Positions 1 through 12,289 of a DNA stretch of 64,000 nucleotides are shown here, in pieces; positions within the stretch are counted from its first letter, which is position 1; every line of letters starts with the position of its first letter. The notes beneath the pieces are model-generated. The model had not been told where the DNA came from. It searched no databases and worked only from the letters and a program-made list of their open reading frames with translations. Both the position numbers and the translations under genes were made by a program. Source of the stretch: Hemiscyllium ocellatum (lineage: Eukaryota); NCBI RefSeq assembly GCF_020745735.1, contig NC_083437.1, forward strand, positions 30,628,001 to 30,692,000. Reading direction: 5' to 3'.

Positions 1-690
1 CCCTCTGCATGAAAGGTTGTCCCTTAGGTCCCTTTTAAATCTTTTTCCTCTCACCCTAAAGTTTTACTCTCTCGTATTGGACTCCCCTACCCTGGGAAAA
101 GACCATGTCTATTTACCCCATCCATGCCCCCTTATGATTTTATTATCCTCTATTAGGTCACCTCTCAGCCTACAACACTCCAGGGATAACAGCCCCAGTC
201 TATTCAGCCTCTCCCTATCGCTCAGACACTCCAATCCTGGCAACATCCTTATAAATCTCTTCAGAACCCTTTCAAATTTCACAACATCCTTCCTATAGCA
301 GGGAGACCAGAATTGCACACAATATTCCAAAATGAGTGTAACCAATGTCCTGTACAGCTGCAACATAACCTCCCAACTCCTCTAATTGATGCATTGATTC
401 CTTCACTATCATATCTACCTGCGACTCTACTTTCAAGAAACTATGAACCTGCTCTTCAAGGTCGCTTTGTTCAGCAACATTCCCCAGGACCTTACATTAA
501 TTGTATACGTCCTGCCCTGATTTTCCTTTCGAAAATGAAACACCTCACATTTATCTAAATTAAACTCCACTTCCCACTCCTTGGCCCATAAGCCCATCTG
601 ATCAAGATTCCGCTGTACTCTGGAGGTGACCTTCTTCGTTGTCCACTACACCACCAATTTTGATGTCATCTGCAAACTTACTAACCATAC
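1..690 (-). mobile_element. CR1-clade LINE 3' fragment (RT C-terminal region), internally deleted
   Basis: Minus-strand translations [13 protein letters not shown] and LEYCVQFWSPCYRKDVVKFERV...RLRGDLIE are typical of CR1 ORF2. Confidence 0.9.
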
Positions 691-1693
691 CACCACTGAC
701 CGATCCAGTGCTTCCCTGGTCATCCTCCCGGCGTCTACTCTCCGGAAACCAGAGCTCACCTGCTGCCCGTGTCCAAACTCTTGCCAAGTCCTAGTCACCC
801 CTTTGCTCACTGACAGGCATTCTCTTCCTGTCCATGTCAAAAAACGTCTCATCCTGGCTTTCAAATCCCACAATGCTTCACTGCTCATCTTAATTTCCTC
901 CAGACTATCATGCCCGCTGTTTATCTGAATGCCTCAAATTCTGACGTTAAACATCGTGGATTTCAATGACACCATCACTGGCAGCACCAACAGCACCAGG
1001 GCTATATGCTATGGAATTTCCCACCTTCCCCATTGCTTTAAGATATATCCTTATATAAAATTGTATTTGATAATAGCATCTGTAACATGTTGTGGTTCAT
1101 TTTACTCTGTGAAAGGCACTATAAAAATGAAAAAAAAATTGTTGTTGATATCATTCTGGTAAATCTGTGCTGAGCCCCATTCTTCCTGAGGTGCAATACC
1201 CAGAACGGAATGTAATCTCTGATCACCGATGCTTTTTACATTTGAAGCTAAACCTTCTGCCTTCTACGTTTCAGTTTCTTTAAGATAGCATCCAATACTC
1301 TATGAATGCTTTTGATTACCTCGTGTGCTCTTGAGACATTTTCTGAAGCATGCCAGCATTTTCTAGGTTGCCTTTTGTCTAGTGCTTGAAATCAAAGTGT
1401 CTCAGTTGGTTTATGTTTGGAATGCGACGACTATAATTGTAAAGGATATGTTCCTCAGCTTGACTTTGCACAGCTGCATGGATAAGGACAATCCCAGCTC
1501 CAAACCTTGGTCTTTGCGATGTTAGTTCAGCTCAGGCTCAATCTAGGTGACTCCTGCACCCTCAGGTACAAAGGCCACAGCCAATCAGCTTCCTGTCCTG
1601 CACTCCTCCTCCAGTAATGTCTGCTGTCTACACCTTTGGCTGTCAGCTGATATCAAGGTTAAACTTATCTCTGTCACCCCCAAGGTTTGCTTT

Positions 1694-1843
1694 ACAATGG
1701 TAGCAGATACATCAGAGACACTGCAGCAAGGTGGATGCTGGGACAGCTGGAGGGTTTGAGCCATAGGGACAATGGTAGCAGATACATCAGAGACACTGCA
1801 GCAAGGTGGATGCTGGGACAGCTGGAGGGTTTGAGCCATAGGG
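1694..1843. repeat. Perfect 75-bp tandem duplication (2 copies)
   Basis: ACAATGGTAGCAGATACATC...GAGCCATAGGG at 1694-1768 is repeated at 1769-1843; visible as a 25-aa repeat in the ORF track. Confidence 0.95.
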
Positions 1844-2812
1844 AGAGGCTGAATAGGCTGGAGCTATTTTTCTTGGAATGTGAGAAGCTGAGGGTTCACT
1901 TTAAAGAGGTTTATAAAATCATGGATAAGATAAATAGACGAGGTCTTTTCCCTGTAGTAGAGGAGTCCAGAACTAGACGGCATATGTTCAGGATGAGAGA
2001 GGAAAGATATAAAAGGGACCTAAGGGGCAACATTTTCATGCAGAGGGTGGTATGTGTATGGAATGGGCTGCCAGAGGAAGTGGTGGAGGCTGGTACAATT
2101 ACAACATTTAAAAGGCACCTGGATGGGTATATGTAATAGGAAGGGTTTAGAGGGATATGGGCCAGGTGCTGAAAAATGAGACTAGATCAGATTAAGATAT
2201 CTGGTCAGCATGAATGAGTTGGACCGAAGGATCTGCTTCCATGCTATACATCTCTATGACTCTGTGACTCTTCTGGAGTACTCTGTCCAGTTCTGGTCGC
2301 CCTGCCGTAGGAAGGATAATATCAGAGTGGGCTCAGGAAAGGTTTACCAGATGTTACTGGGAATGGAAGGCTTGAGTTATACGGCGGGACTGGATAGGCT
2401 GGGACTTTTTTCACTGGAGTGTAAGAGGTTAAGAGGTGACCTTATAGAGGTTTATAAAGTCATGAGGGGTATAGATAACGTGAATGGCAGGAGTCTTTCC
2501 CCTAGGGTGGGGTATTACAAGACTAGGAACATACTTTTAAGGTGCGAGGAGAAAGACATAAGAAGGACATGAGGGGCAACTTTATACACAGAGAGTGGCT
2601 CATGTGTGGAATGAACCACCAGAGAAAGTGGTGGATGCAGGTAGTTACAACATTTAAAAGACATTTGGATAAGTTCATGAATAAGAAAGGTTTGGAGGGA
2701 TATGGACCAAACACAGGCAGGTGGGACTAGTTTCGTTTGGGAACGTGGTCGGCATTGGCTGGTTGGTCCAAAGGGCCTGTATCTGTGCTGGATAACTCTA
2801 TGACTCTATAAC
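1820..2812 (+). mobile_element. Two tandem 5'-truncated CR1 3' ends
   Basis: Two copies of the L.RLGLFSLE...RGN.F...W..LP...FKRHLD region, each ending in a (CTCTATGA)n tail (~2250-2270 and ~2795-2812). Confidence 0.9.
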
Positions 2813-3568
2813 TCAGCAAAGCTTCCTACAACCGTACCTTCCAGCCTCTATCGTTTGAAGAATAACAGCAGGTAATGCATTGAACCAATGCCTCCAACAA
2901 GTTGCCCCATGGCCCTGAAGCTAAACACTATCTTCATTTGTTAATATAATTACCATTCCTTTACTCTCTCTCGGTCAAAGTCCTAGAACTCTTCCTAGCA
3001 GCACTGTGTCTGTCCCTGCAGCCCAATACCCCACCACCATCTCAAAGGGCAATTAGGAACAGTCAATAAAAGCCCATCTAGCCAGCAACACCCACATTTT
3101 GTGAAATGCTTTTTAAAAATGCAGCCCCCATTGAAGACCTGGGCCCATTCTTCAGAATGGCGCTGAGGCGGGGAAAGTGTGCCAACATCTGAGTAGACAG
3201 TGCCTTGTCTGAGTAGACAAGGAGAGAGAAAGAAAAGTAAACAACACCAACAACAACCTGCATTTATATCGCACCTTCAGCACAGTAAAATGTCCCAAGG
3301 CACTTCACAGGGGCTGGAACAAACAGAATTTGACACACAGCCACATAAAGAGGCATTAAAACAAAAGCTTAATCAAAGGAATAGTTTTTTAAGCAACATT
3401 TCAAATGAAGAGAGGTTTAGGGAGGGAATTTCAAAGTGTAGGCCCAGGGAACTGAAGGCCGAGCCATAAATGGAAGCTCGAAGGAAGGTGGGTACAGGCC
3501 AAAGGCTACAGTTGGAGAATGACCAAGTGTTTGTCTGGAGCAGATGGTGTAAATAGATACTGACAAGG

Positions 3569-3991
3569 TTGTCAGTTTGCTCGCTGAGCCGGAAGGTTTG
3601 TTTTCAGATGTTTTGTCACCATGTTAGGTAACATTATCAGTGAGCCTCTGGTGGTATATCCCACTTTCTATTTATGTGTTTAGGTTTCTCTAGGTAGGTA
3701 GATGGGATCCAAATCGATGTGTTTATTGGAAGCATGGCATTCCAACCAGAACACTATCATTAAACACATCGATTTGGACCCCATCTACCATCCTCTGAGA
3801 AAAAGAACAAAAATGATCTTGCCCACCCAGAGAAACCTAAACACATAAATAGAAAGTGGGACATAACACCAGTGCTTCACTGGAGACTCACTGATGATGG
3901 TGACGAAACATCTGAAAACAAACCTTCCAGCTCAGCGAGCAAACTTACACTCAGAACCTCAACCTGAGCTACAAATCTTTTCCAAAATCAC
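3569..3991 (+). mobile_element. Penelope-like element 3' remnant with inverted 5' copy (probably Poseidon-type), TSD-flanked
   Basis: EAWHSNQNTIIKHIDLDPIYHPLR (GIY-YIG C-terminus-like) at ~3729-3800; inverted arms; degenerate CTGATGA..GAAAC motif; flanks TAGATACTGACAAGG (3554-3568) and TAGATACTGCCAAGG (3992-4006). Confidence 0.75.
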
Positions 3992-6324
3992 TAGATACTG
4001 CCAAGGCCTAGAAAGGATCTAAAGACAAAGACAAGTATTTTAAGTGAGAGACATTTGGTGAACTGGGAACCAATGTTAGGCTGGTGAGCTCAAGGAATGT
4101 AAAGTGAGTAGGGCTTGGTGCGAGAATATAGACAGCAAAGACTTTTTTCCCCTGCCTTAATCTGTAGCTCAGGATTTGACCAGAGTGTGAAGCTTCAGTG
4201 GTTGAAGGGTCTACTAGCTCTTGTTATCTCGGAATTCCAGGTGGAAAAGATAATAAGCTTGCCAGTCATAAGAACTGGTTTGACCACTGCAAAACAGAGC
4301 TCCATTGCGACCTGTCCATTCATTTCAAAGTGCTCTTGTTTTCTTGTCTCTCCCTGAGAGGTGAGCAGGGAGACAGGGAGTGATGAGTAACCCGAGAACC
4401 TTCTCTACTCCAACCGAGAGTCAGCAAGAAGGGAGAGACAGCAATTGAAAAGAGAGGGACAGAGCTACTGTTAATTAAAGTTAAAAATTTGAAGGGAAAG
4501 AGTCTCCACTAAAAAGTTCCGGAGAGTTCCAAGCATTCTGTTGCAGCAATGATTGTGAGATCGAGAGAGGAAGCAGAACTGGGTAAGACGGACCAAAGGC
4601 TTACCTGAACTCTCCCGGTGTGGACGGGGTGCTTTACAGGATACAGGCTCTGTAGAGCTTTTACATGCACGTCTTTTCTCAGTACGAGTCAAAGGCTTAC
4701 TGTTAAAGAAAACAAAGCCAGTATGGGCGAGCCCGCCTCCTTCTTCAGTTGTTAAAGAATTTGAAAAGCTCTGGAAGGCAGTCCCATAAACACATGACAC
4801 ATCCACCCTCACTCAACACTGTTCAAACCCAGGTGCCTGGCCAACCTGGTTAGATCAGTCACATAAAGGAGGGAGGGGGGGTGGAGCAAGCAAGTGTGAA
4901 AGGGTGTTGACAGATTGAAAGTAAAAGAGACAGACAGAGAGGGAGCTGTAAGAAGATAAAGTGGAACTTTCTGGGATTACTGGTTCAGCAGGGTGCAAAT
5001 GGCAAACCAAGCTGTCACCTGTGTGCTTTCGCGGGATTTTTGGCTTTTGTATTTTTCGCTCTCTCTTTCTCTCTCTTATCAGATTCTGTCCCACGGAGCA
5101 CGCAGCAAACAGGGTGCAGAGGTCACTCGAGTTAATGATTGCTAGCACTCTGCCACTTTTTCTTCCATTTGGCACGTTTAAAGGCTCACTCCCACTTTCT
5201 CCTGGGCAGTTCGGGATGGGCAATAAATGTCGGTGTGGCCAGGGACACTCACATCCCACAGATTAATAACCAAAAGGGGGCAACTCATTCTCCCAACTTG
5301 TGAGCTGGGAGGTTAAAAGGAACTGACCCTTGTGGAGAGAGAAACTGAGTTAACATTACGAGTCCAGTATGACACCTCCAGACTAGAAACATTCACACTG
5401 TTTCTCTTCAAAAGACCAACAGAATTGGGCCATTTGGCCCGTCGAGTCTGTTCCACCATTCAATGATGACTGATATGTTTCTCAACCCCATTCTTCTGTC
5501 TTCTCTTGATCCCCTTATTAATTAAGACCCTGTCTATCTGTCGGAGCAAATTACTGCAGAAGCTGGAATCTATACTGAAAACTACAAATGCTGGAGATCA
5601 CGGCAGGTCAGACAGCACAAATGGAGAGAGAACAAGCTAATTTTTCAAGTCTAGATGAGGTACTTATGAAGTGTAGTTGCTGTAATGATGGAAATTCAAA
5701 TTTCTAAGTATTCAATATCATGAGTGATCTGGTCAGAATGGAGGACTTAGATTTAAAGTAACTGCCAATCAAACAAAAGGGACATAAAAGAAAGCCTTTT
5801 CTCACAGCAAGTAATAAAGGTCTGCCCCAAAGTGTGGCTGTAATAATTCTGTGATTCTGAAACACAGCCCACACAAATAGAAATGTGTAGATTTTAACCA
5901 AAAATATGCTGGGCTACTCAAAATGAAATTTAATGAAATGAGAAAGGGGGAAAAAAAACATATGAAGTGTTGTGATGGCCTAATGGTTAGAAAGGTCATG
6001 GTTTTAATGTGTTTCTCTGTTTTGTTGAAGGCATGTGTGTTTACATCAAGCAGCCACAAACTGAACTATCAGTAACTCTGGAAACGCTGGGATTTTGTTT
6101 AAAACAGACACAGAGCATCAGCTGTGATAACGCGATCTATTTACCAACTGAATTCATGATCGTCCTAAAATTGCGCTCTGTAACCATCGTATGGTAAATT
6201 GGATGATATAAAACCAGTGAACAGAGTGAGCAAGCTAAAACTGAGGTCAAAGTTTGTTAAGTCGAAGAGATCGGCCATTTTCCAAAGGAGCCTCAGCAAA
6301 ATCTTAATGAGAAATTAATGAAAT

Positions 6325-6538
6325 AGTTAAAAAATCACATAATACCAGGTTATAGTCCAACAGGTTTATTTGGAAGCAGTAGTTTTTGGAGCGCTGCTCT
6401 TTCATCAGGTGGTTGGAACCTGGTGAAGGAGCGTCACTCCAAAAGCTAGTGTTTCCATTCAAACCTGTTGGACTATAACCTGGTGTTGTGTGATTTTAAA
6501 CTTTATACAGCCCAGTCCAACACCGGCTCCTCTAAGTC
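6325..6538. mobile_element. Foldback hammerhead-bearing mini-element, family B
   Basis: Inverted arms ACCAGGTTATAGTCCAACAGGTTT / AAACCTGTTGGACTATAACCTGGT with opposed degenerate CTGATGAAGGAGC..GCTCCGAAAGCTA cores; second copy at 34709-34898. Confidence 0.7.
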
Positions 6539-6852
6539 TTAATGAAACAAACCGTAGTGGGTGATATGTTTGTGATGCTGACAGTCATCAAACTGATTAT
6601 TTGCTGGAGACTCGATGGTATAAAAGTTTGTTTGCAGTTTCTTTCTTAGGAAAAAGGATATGAGGAAAGCTTACCTCAGAGTATAGTTAGTAAGCTCAGG
6701 AAGGACTCAGCGAATCAGCAGCTGGGATTATCCTGCTCTGATCCTCTGATGGGTCCATGAAAATGGGGTTCACTTTGTATGGAGAAGATTTTTGTATTTT
6801 TTTTATCATGTACTTTGCTTTAATAAAGAACATTGGATATATCCCATTGTTA

Positions 6853-7052
6853 GGAGAAAGTGAGGACTATGAATGCTGGAGATCAGAGTCGAAGAGTGTG
6901 GTGCTGGAAAAGCACAGCAGGTCAGGCAGCATCCGAGGAGCAGGAGAGTCGACGTTTCAGGACTGATGAAGGGCTTATGCCTGGAACGTCGATTCTCCTG
7001 CTCCTCAGATGCTGCCTGATCGGTTGTGTTTTTCCATCACTACACTCTTTGA
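6853..7052. mobile_element. Foldback PLE-derived mini-element, family A
   Basis: Inverted arms with CTGATGAAGGGCTTATGCCTGGAACGTC at the apex; flanks ATCCCATTGTTAG / ATCCCGTTGTTAG. Confidence 0.8.
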
Positions 7053-8460
7053 TATCCCGTTGTTAGAACTGCCTTGGGTGACTGAGATCTCAAATAAAAC
7101 CTGGCAGACCAAGCAAAGTGGGAAATACAAGTTTACAATGAACATGTAATCTGCTTTAGGTGCTGACTGATCAGATAAATACTGATCAGAAACTGGACAG
7201 CACCCTACCCCCAAGCTTTATTTCAGAAGTGGCCCTGAGTTCACCTGAGAGCTATCTGAGGTTATAGACATCCCTACATTGGGCATGATCCCCACAACCT
7301 TCTGATGCAGAGTTATTTCAGCTTGCCAGTGAATCACAGCTGATTCTTTAACATGAGTTAACTATACGTTTCAGCCCACTCCCTGCACTCAGTGTTGTTT
7401 TCCCTTCTCACACTTCAGGATTTCTCTATAAAATGGCGCAAAACAGGAAATTTCTGGGTTCAGTTGCCAGTTAGTGCCAGGTTAGCTACTCTCTGGGTAC
7501 CGTTGTACCTGGGTTGACAATGGGGGTATAATCAGCTCAATTTGGAAGCCCCCTAGTGGTGATCTTATTCCCTCTCTCCCTCCCTGCCTCACCCTCTCAC
7601 AGCACCCTCTCACTCAGCTTCTCCTTCCCTGCCCTACACCTTTTCTCATTCAGCAAATGTTTTATCGATCTCAAATGAGAATAAGGTGGCAATCAGCAAA
7701 GGTACCTGGAGAAACTCAGCAGGTCTGGTGGCATCTGTGGAGAGAGAAACAGACTTAACATTTTAGAGTCCAGTCTGACTTTTCTTCCGAAATCCTCTTC
7801 GGCGCCTGCCCCTCTGCATACACAGAGGAATATATTGAACACTCCTTTCTTCATCAGCCACAAGAACATCAAACATCAGGTCAGCGTCACCATGATAGTG
7901 AGTGTTTGATAGCAAAGTGCTCATATTCTGTCACTTTCTGTCTCCCTCTCTTTTTGCAAAAGGGAATTGCATCCACGTTTTCCATTTCATTAGGACCATA
8001 CTCAAATCTCAGGAGTTTTGGAAAATTAAAACTCAACAGATCAGGTACCTGACTGGGAACAAAGGAAACAATTTGTGAACTCAGATCCCACTATATTGTG
8101 GGATATCTGTCTGATGCGCCCAACGAACACAGCCGGTTGAGAGACATAAAGACTCTTGGCAGAAGTTCACAATCCCCCAGGGGAAGGTCATCCAGGAATT
8201 AAAGCTGAGGAAGCAGAGAAACTGTATCATTTTAAAATGGATCTGTCATGACACACCTCCAGGACCTGAACCAAAATCCCCTGGTCCTGTGGTACGGATG
8301 CTACCAACAAGAGCCCTAAAGCTGAGTTGAAATGGCTTTGATGTTCCTACCAACCTGTTCAGAATTCCTATCACACATGTCTTGGAATTAAACTGGACCC
8401 TACCCTATACATGCTCACAACTGAGGACTCAGTTCATACTATCATCTGAATACAATTATG

Positions 8461-8669
8461 AGCTGAAAATGTGTTGCTGGTTAAAGCGCAGCAGGTCAGG
8501 CAGCATCCAAGGAACAGGAAATTCGACGTTTCGGGCACAAGCCCTTCATCAGGTTTGTGCCCGAAACGTCGAATGTCCTGTTCCTTGGATGCTGCCTGAC
8601 CTGCTGCGCTTTAACCAGCAACACATTTTCAGCTCTGATCTCCAGCATCTGCAGACCTCACTTTTTACT
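8461..8669. mobile_element. Foldback PLE-derived mini-element, family A (young copy)
   Basis: Near-perfect ~80-bp inverted arms; flanking duplication TGAATACAATTATGAGC (8447-8463) / TGAATACGATTATGAGC (8670-8686). Confidence 0.85.
8525..8552 (-). ncRNA. Minimal type-I hammerhead ribozyme core
   Basis: Minus strand reads CUGAUGA-A-GGGC-UUGU-GCCC-GAAA-C-GUC: complete catalytic core, 4-bp stem II, GUC site; activity untested. Confidence 0.7.
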
Positions 8670-8711
8670 TGAATACGATTATGAGCCAATTAATATAAAA
8701 TTAGCAGCGGG

Positions 8712-8815
8712 AGGGCTCTTGTGGCACAGTGGTAGTGTCCTTACCTAGGAACCAGAGGCTTGGGTTTAGGTCCCACCTGCCCCAGTATTGTATGTGAAAA
8801 TAAGTCTGAACAGTA
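8712..8815 (+). mobile_element. Short tRNA-like SINE fragment (related copies ~15181-15290, 33350-33480, 48735-48850, 57690-57780)
   Basis: A-box-like TGGCACAGTGG and B-box-like GGTTCAAGTCCC motifs recur in the copies, followed by a shared CTCCAGAGGTGTGTC...GAACAGG body. Confidence 0.55.
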
Positions 8816-9188
8816 TATATATATATATCCCATAGGTAGTGAAAATCATGTATTCACCTTGGCTTTAGCTGCTACTTCCAGACCCTGTTGTTATTTTCAC
8901 GGGGAGTCAGCGAGTCATTGGTTACTGGGCCGTAATATCCAGGTGCTGTGCCAATTTGATAGCCTGAGGTCATAAGATGTTCGTGCATCTTTTAATATGT
9001 CTTCTTGGTTTCCCTCTTTCCCTCTTGGAAGTTAGGCCTGACTGCAGCTGCTGTGGAGTTCTTAAGCTGCTGCCTGACTGCTATGTCCATTATCTGTGAG
9101 TGAATCCCAACAGCGAGTGTTCAATGTTAATTAGACTGACCCCATCCTCACCTGACATCCAAATCACACGTGCACTTTATTCCAAAAG

Positions 9189-9380
9189 AGCAGAAGGGAG
9201 TTCTGCCCAGCATCCTGGGAGAATATTTAACCCTCAATAGTATCACCAGTACAGATTGACGAGCTGCTGTCACATTTGTGGGATCTTGCTGCATTCCCTA
9301 CATTAGTTCACCATCTACAACTTCTAAAAGTACTTGGTCTGCTAAGGGATGGCCTGAAATCATGAAAAGATACGCAAGTC
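9189..9380 (+). mobile_element. Deu-domain SINE remnant (SacSINE1/AmnSINE1-like); other remnants ~11890-12190, 34030-34230, 36180-36350, 45180-45400, 55010-55330, 56110-56350
   Basis: GGGAGTTCT..CCTGG..AATATTTA.CCCTCAA...TTTGTGGGATCTTGCTG...AAAAGTACTT resembles the Deu core as I recall it. Confidence 0.6.
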
Positions 9381-9513
9381 AGCCATTGTTTCTCTATAGC
9401 AGGGGTTACTAGATAATGACCAAGAACAGGAACTCCAGCTGATATATTTTTGTAACCCAGGGAATCAGATCAGCAAATTGGGATTAAGTAGGGAATACAT
9501 GATCATATATCAT

Positions 9514-9868
9514 AGAATCCCTACAGTCAGGAAGCAGGTCATTCAGCCCATCGACTCCACACCAACCCTCTGAAGAACATCTCACCCAGACCCACCTTAC
9601 CCCACCCATCCCTGTAACCCCAAATTTCCCATGGCTAACCCACTTAATCTGCACCTCCCTGGACTCAATGGGCAACTTAACATGGCCAGTCCACCTGATC
9701 TGCATATCTTTGAACTGTGGGAGGAAACCAGAGCACCCAGAGGAAACCCACACAGACACGGGGAGAATGTGCAAACTCCACACAGACAATTGCCCGAGGG
9801 TGGAATCAAACCCGGGTCCCTGGTACTGTGAGGCAGCAGTGCTGACCACTGAGCCACCGTGCCATCCT
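9514..9868 (-). mobile_element. HE1-type V-SINE
   Basis: tRNA-derived head with A/B boxes, V-domain TGTGTGGAGTTTGCAC.TTCTCCCCGTGTCTG.GTGGGTTTCC, CR1-like tail. Confidence 0.9.
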
Positions 9869-10552
9869 GATGCTTCCACGGAAATGGGGAGGAAAATTTG
9901 CTGGAGGCCTGTAGCAGGTAGCTTAGATGTATATCCCCATACTTCACATTTGGTAAGGGAAAACCAGCCAGGTCCCTGTTGTTATTTCAATGAATATATT
10001 TAATGGCTCACTGCTGTCAGTGGATCTGGTTAATAGTTTCCAAGCTCAGAGTATCTGCTTGCTGCTCTAACACATCTGGAGCAAAGGTCAGACAGGGCAT
10101 TGGCCCTGCTGCTGAAATCTGACAGTGCAATGGGAATGTTTCTGTGTTTTCTTACAAGGTGATGCAATCCATCATGTGCGAGTTGTTTCTTGCACTGGCT
10201 ATGGTTGTAAGTTAGAATACTATGATATCAGACTACTGAGAAGTCAGTATGTGACTTAGTTTTGTGAGGTGAATAGAAGCTGATGGGAAGGAAAAAGGAA
10301 ACAGAACTGAAGAAGTAAATAAAAAGAGAGACTGCTGGAGAAACTATGTCTGGCAGCATCTACTGAGACAGAAACAGAGTTAACATTTTGTGTCCAATAT
10401 CAGAACCGTTCTTAAAATTGATCACGTTGGGCTAAAAATGTTAACACTGTTTTTCTCCCTCCAAAGATGCTGCCAAAGCTGCTGGGTTTCTCCAGGACTT
10501 CTTTTCTTAATTTCAGTTTTCCAGTATCATCAGTAATTTGCTTTTTTCCAAG

Positions 10553-10792
10553 AATCATAGAATCCCTACAGTGCAACAATAGGCCCTTTGAGTCCACATC
10601 AACTTTCTAAAGTACATCCACCCAGACACATCACCCATCCCATGGCCAATCCACCTGTACATCATTCGGATAGTGGAAAGAAACCCACACAGAGACTGGG
10701 AGAACATGTAAACTCTACACAGAGAATGGAATTGAACCCAGGTCCTTGGTGCTGTGGGTCTAGAGTGCTAACCACTGAGCCACCGTGCCACC
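10553..10792 (-). mobile_element. HE1-type V-SINE, degenerate
   Basis: Same head, V-domain and tail with internal deletions. Confidence 0.75.
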
Positions 10793-10864
10793 CTTTGAGA
10801 ATTGGAGAAGTCACATTTCAACCAGTAGTGAGAAGCACCAGTTGGAGTTCAGTTTTCAGCTGGA

Positions 10865-11860
10865 AGAGAATATTTCAGACAGGGTTTAGGTGACTGTGTG
10901 TTTGAGACAGCTGAGGGGAAAGTCATGGTACAGCTGGAAAATAAAAGCAAGTAGCTTGTTCCATGAGCTGAGCTGTTGGAGCTCTGGAAAGGTAGTCATA
11001 GAATTGATTCACTGCAGATAGTTTATGCTGTCAGTGTCTAACTGGGTTGCCGCTTGTTGTTTGAGGTGCTGGGATATGGTGCAGCTCAATGGCAAGAACC
11101 TCTCATTTCTCAATATTAATTTGTCCCTTTCCAACCTGGTCTTCAGAGTGTCGTACAGTAGAGATGTACAGCACGGCAACAGACCCTTCGGTCCAACTCA
11201 TCCATGATGACCAGTTATCCTAACCTAATCTAGTCCCATTTGCCAGCATGTCCTTTGAATATTTTTTCTGTCCATGAGATTGGGTCCCATCTTTAAACTG
11301 TGAGAAGAGAATCTGCATTGCAGTGGATCATTTGACACATGGAAAACTGTCCAGACTATCAAGCTGATTTTGGACAAGCAAACGAAGGTGTGACCTTGGT
11401 GGACATTGCACCCATGTACCTGGGTATAATAAAGCTGCTGTTGAATGGGACTTTTCTCTTGCATGAATGATGGACTGAAGCTCTACTGGCAAGTACGGGA
11501 TTGTGAGGGTCTGTATGGCTGTTACTAATGTCATATACACTGAAAGATCTGCCAGTAAATTTGTAAGAGCCATTTTTCTTATCAGATATGTAGAGTATAA
11601 TGTATGCTTTTGTAAAACACAATTTATCTGTCAGTTCGTGTCTAATGTTATGGGCTTCGATTTGATTATTACAGTAATAGCTGTAAAAAGTGAAATCTTG
11701 TGCATCAGTTTTTTCTTTCATGTTATTAGTCTCCAAGGGGATGCTGTTTTTCTGAATGGTTCTGCAATCTCCTTTCACCCCATGATCCCAAGTCTTCCTC
11801 CAGATTCAAGATATATCATCCTCGCCATCTTCCTTTGATCCGTATTTCCCAGAGTTTAAT
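10865..11860 (-). mobile_element. RTE-clade LINE remnant, internally deleted, interrupted by a CR1 tail (~11148-11255)
   Basis: Homologous in inverted orientation to 13800-14290; decayed RTE-like C-terminal and linker peptides. Confidence 0.55.
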
Positions 11861-12289
11861 CACTAAAAGCCTCACTCCAGGAACTAGCATGCTCTCAATG
11901 CTGAAGGAGTGTGGTACTGTTGGTTGTTTTGCTGAGACGTTAAACCAATGGCCACATATTTTCTCTTATGTGGATTAACAAAAACACCATCTTATATCAA
12001 TGTCATAGTTAATATTTATCTCTCAGTCATATTTATTATGAGCAGGTTCTCATAACAATCACACAGCTGTTTGTCTGAGCTTAGATGCTCTATATCCTCA
12101 CTGACAGCACTAATGACATTTTAGAAATACGTCACTGGCTGTAAAATCCTTTCTGAATTCCTGAAAATGTGAATGGCTCTGTATAAATATATATCCTTCC
12201 CTTTGGATAATGTTTTGTATCTCAGCAAGTGTTGACAGTGTGTGCAACGTTGCCATCTCTAGCAGTTGAGGGGTTGTCCTGTCTGACAT

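Noticed and set aside
8461-8640. pre-miRNA or DNA-transposon MITE reading of the hairpins
   Set aside because: Arms match a PLE terminal repeat, arm lengths are unequal and flanking duplications vary in length; there are no small-RNA data.
9780-9868. tRNA genes at SINE heads (also ~19700-19780 and ~49840-49900)
   Set aside because: A/B boxes run straight into the V-SINE body; these are tRNA-derived SINE heads.
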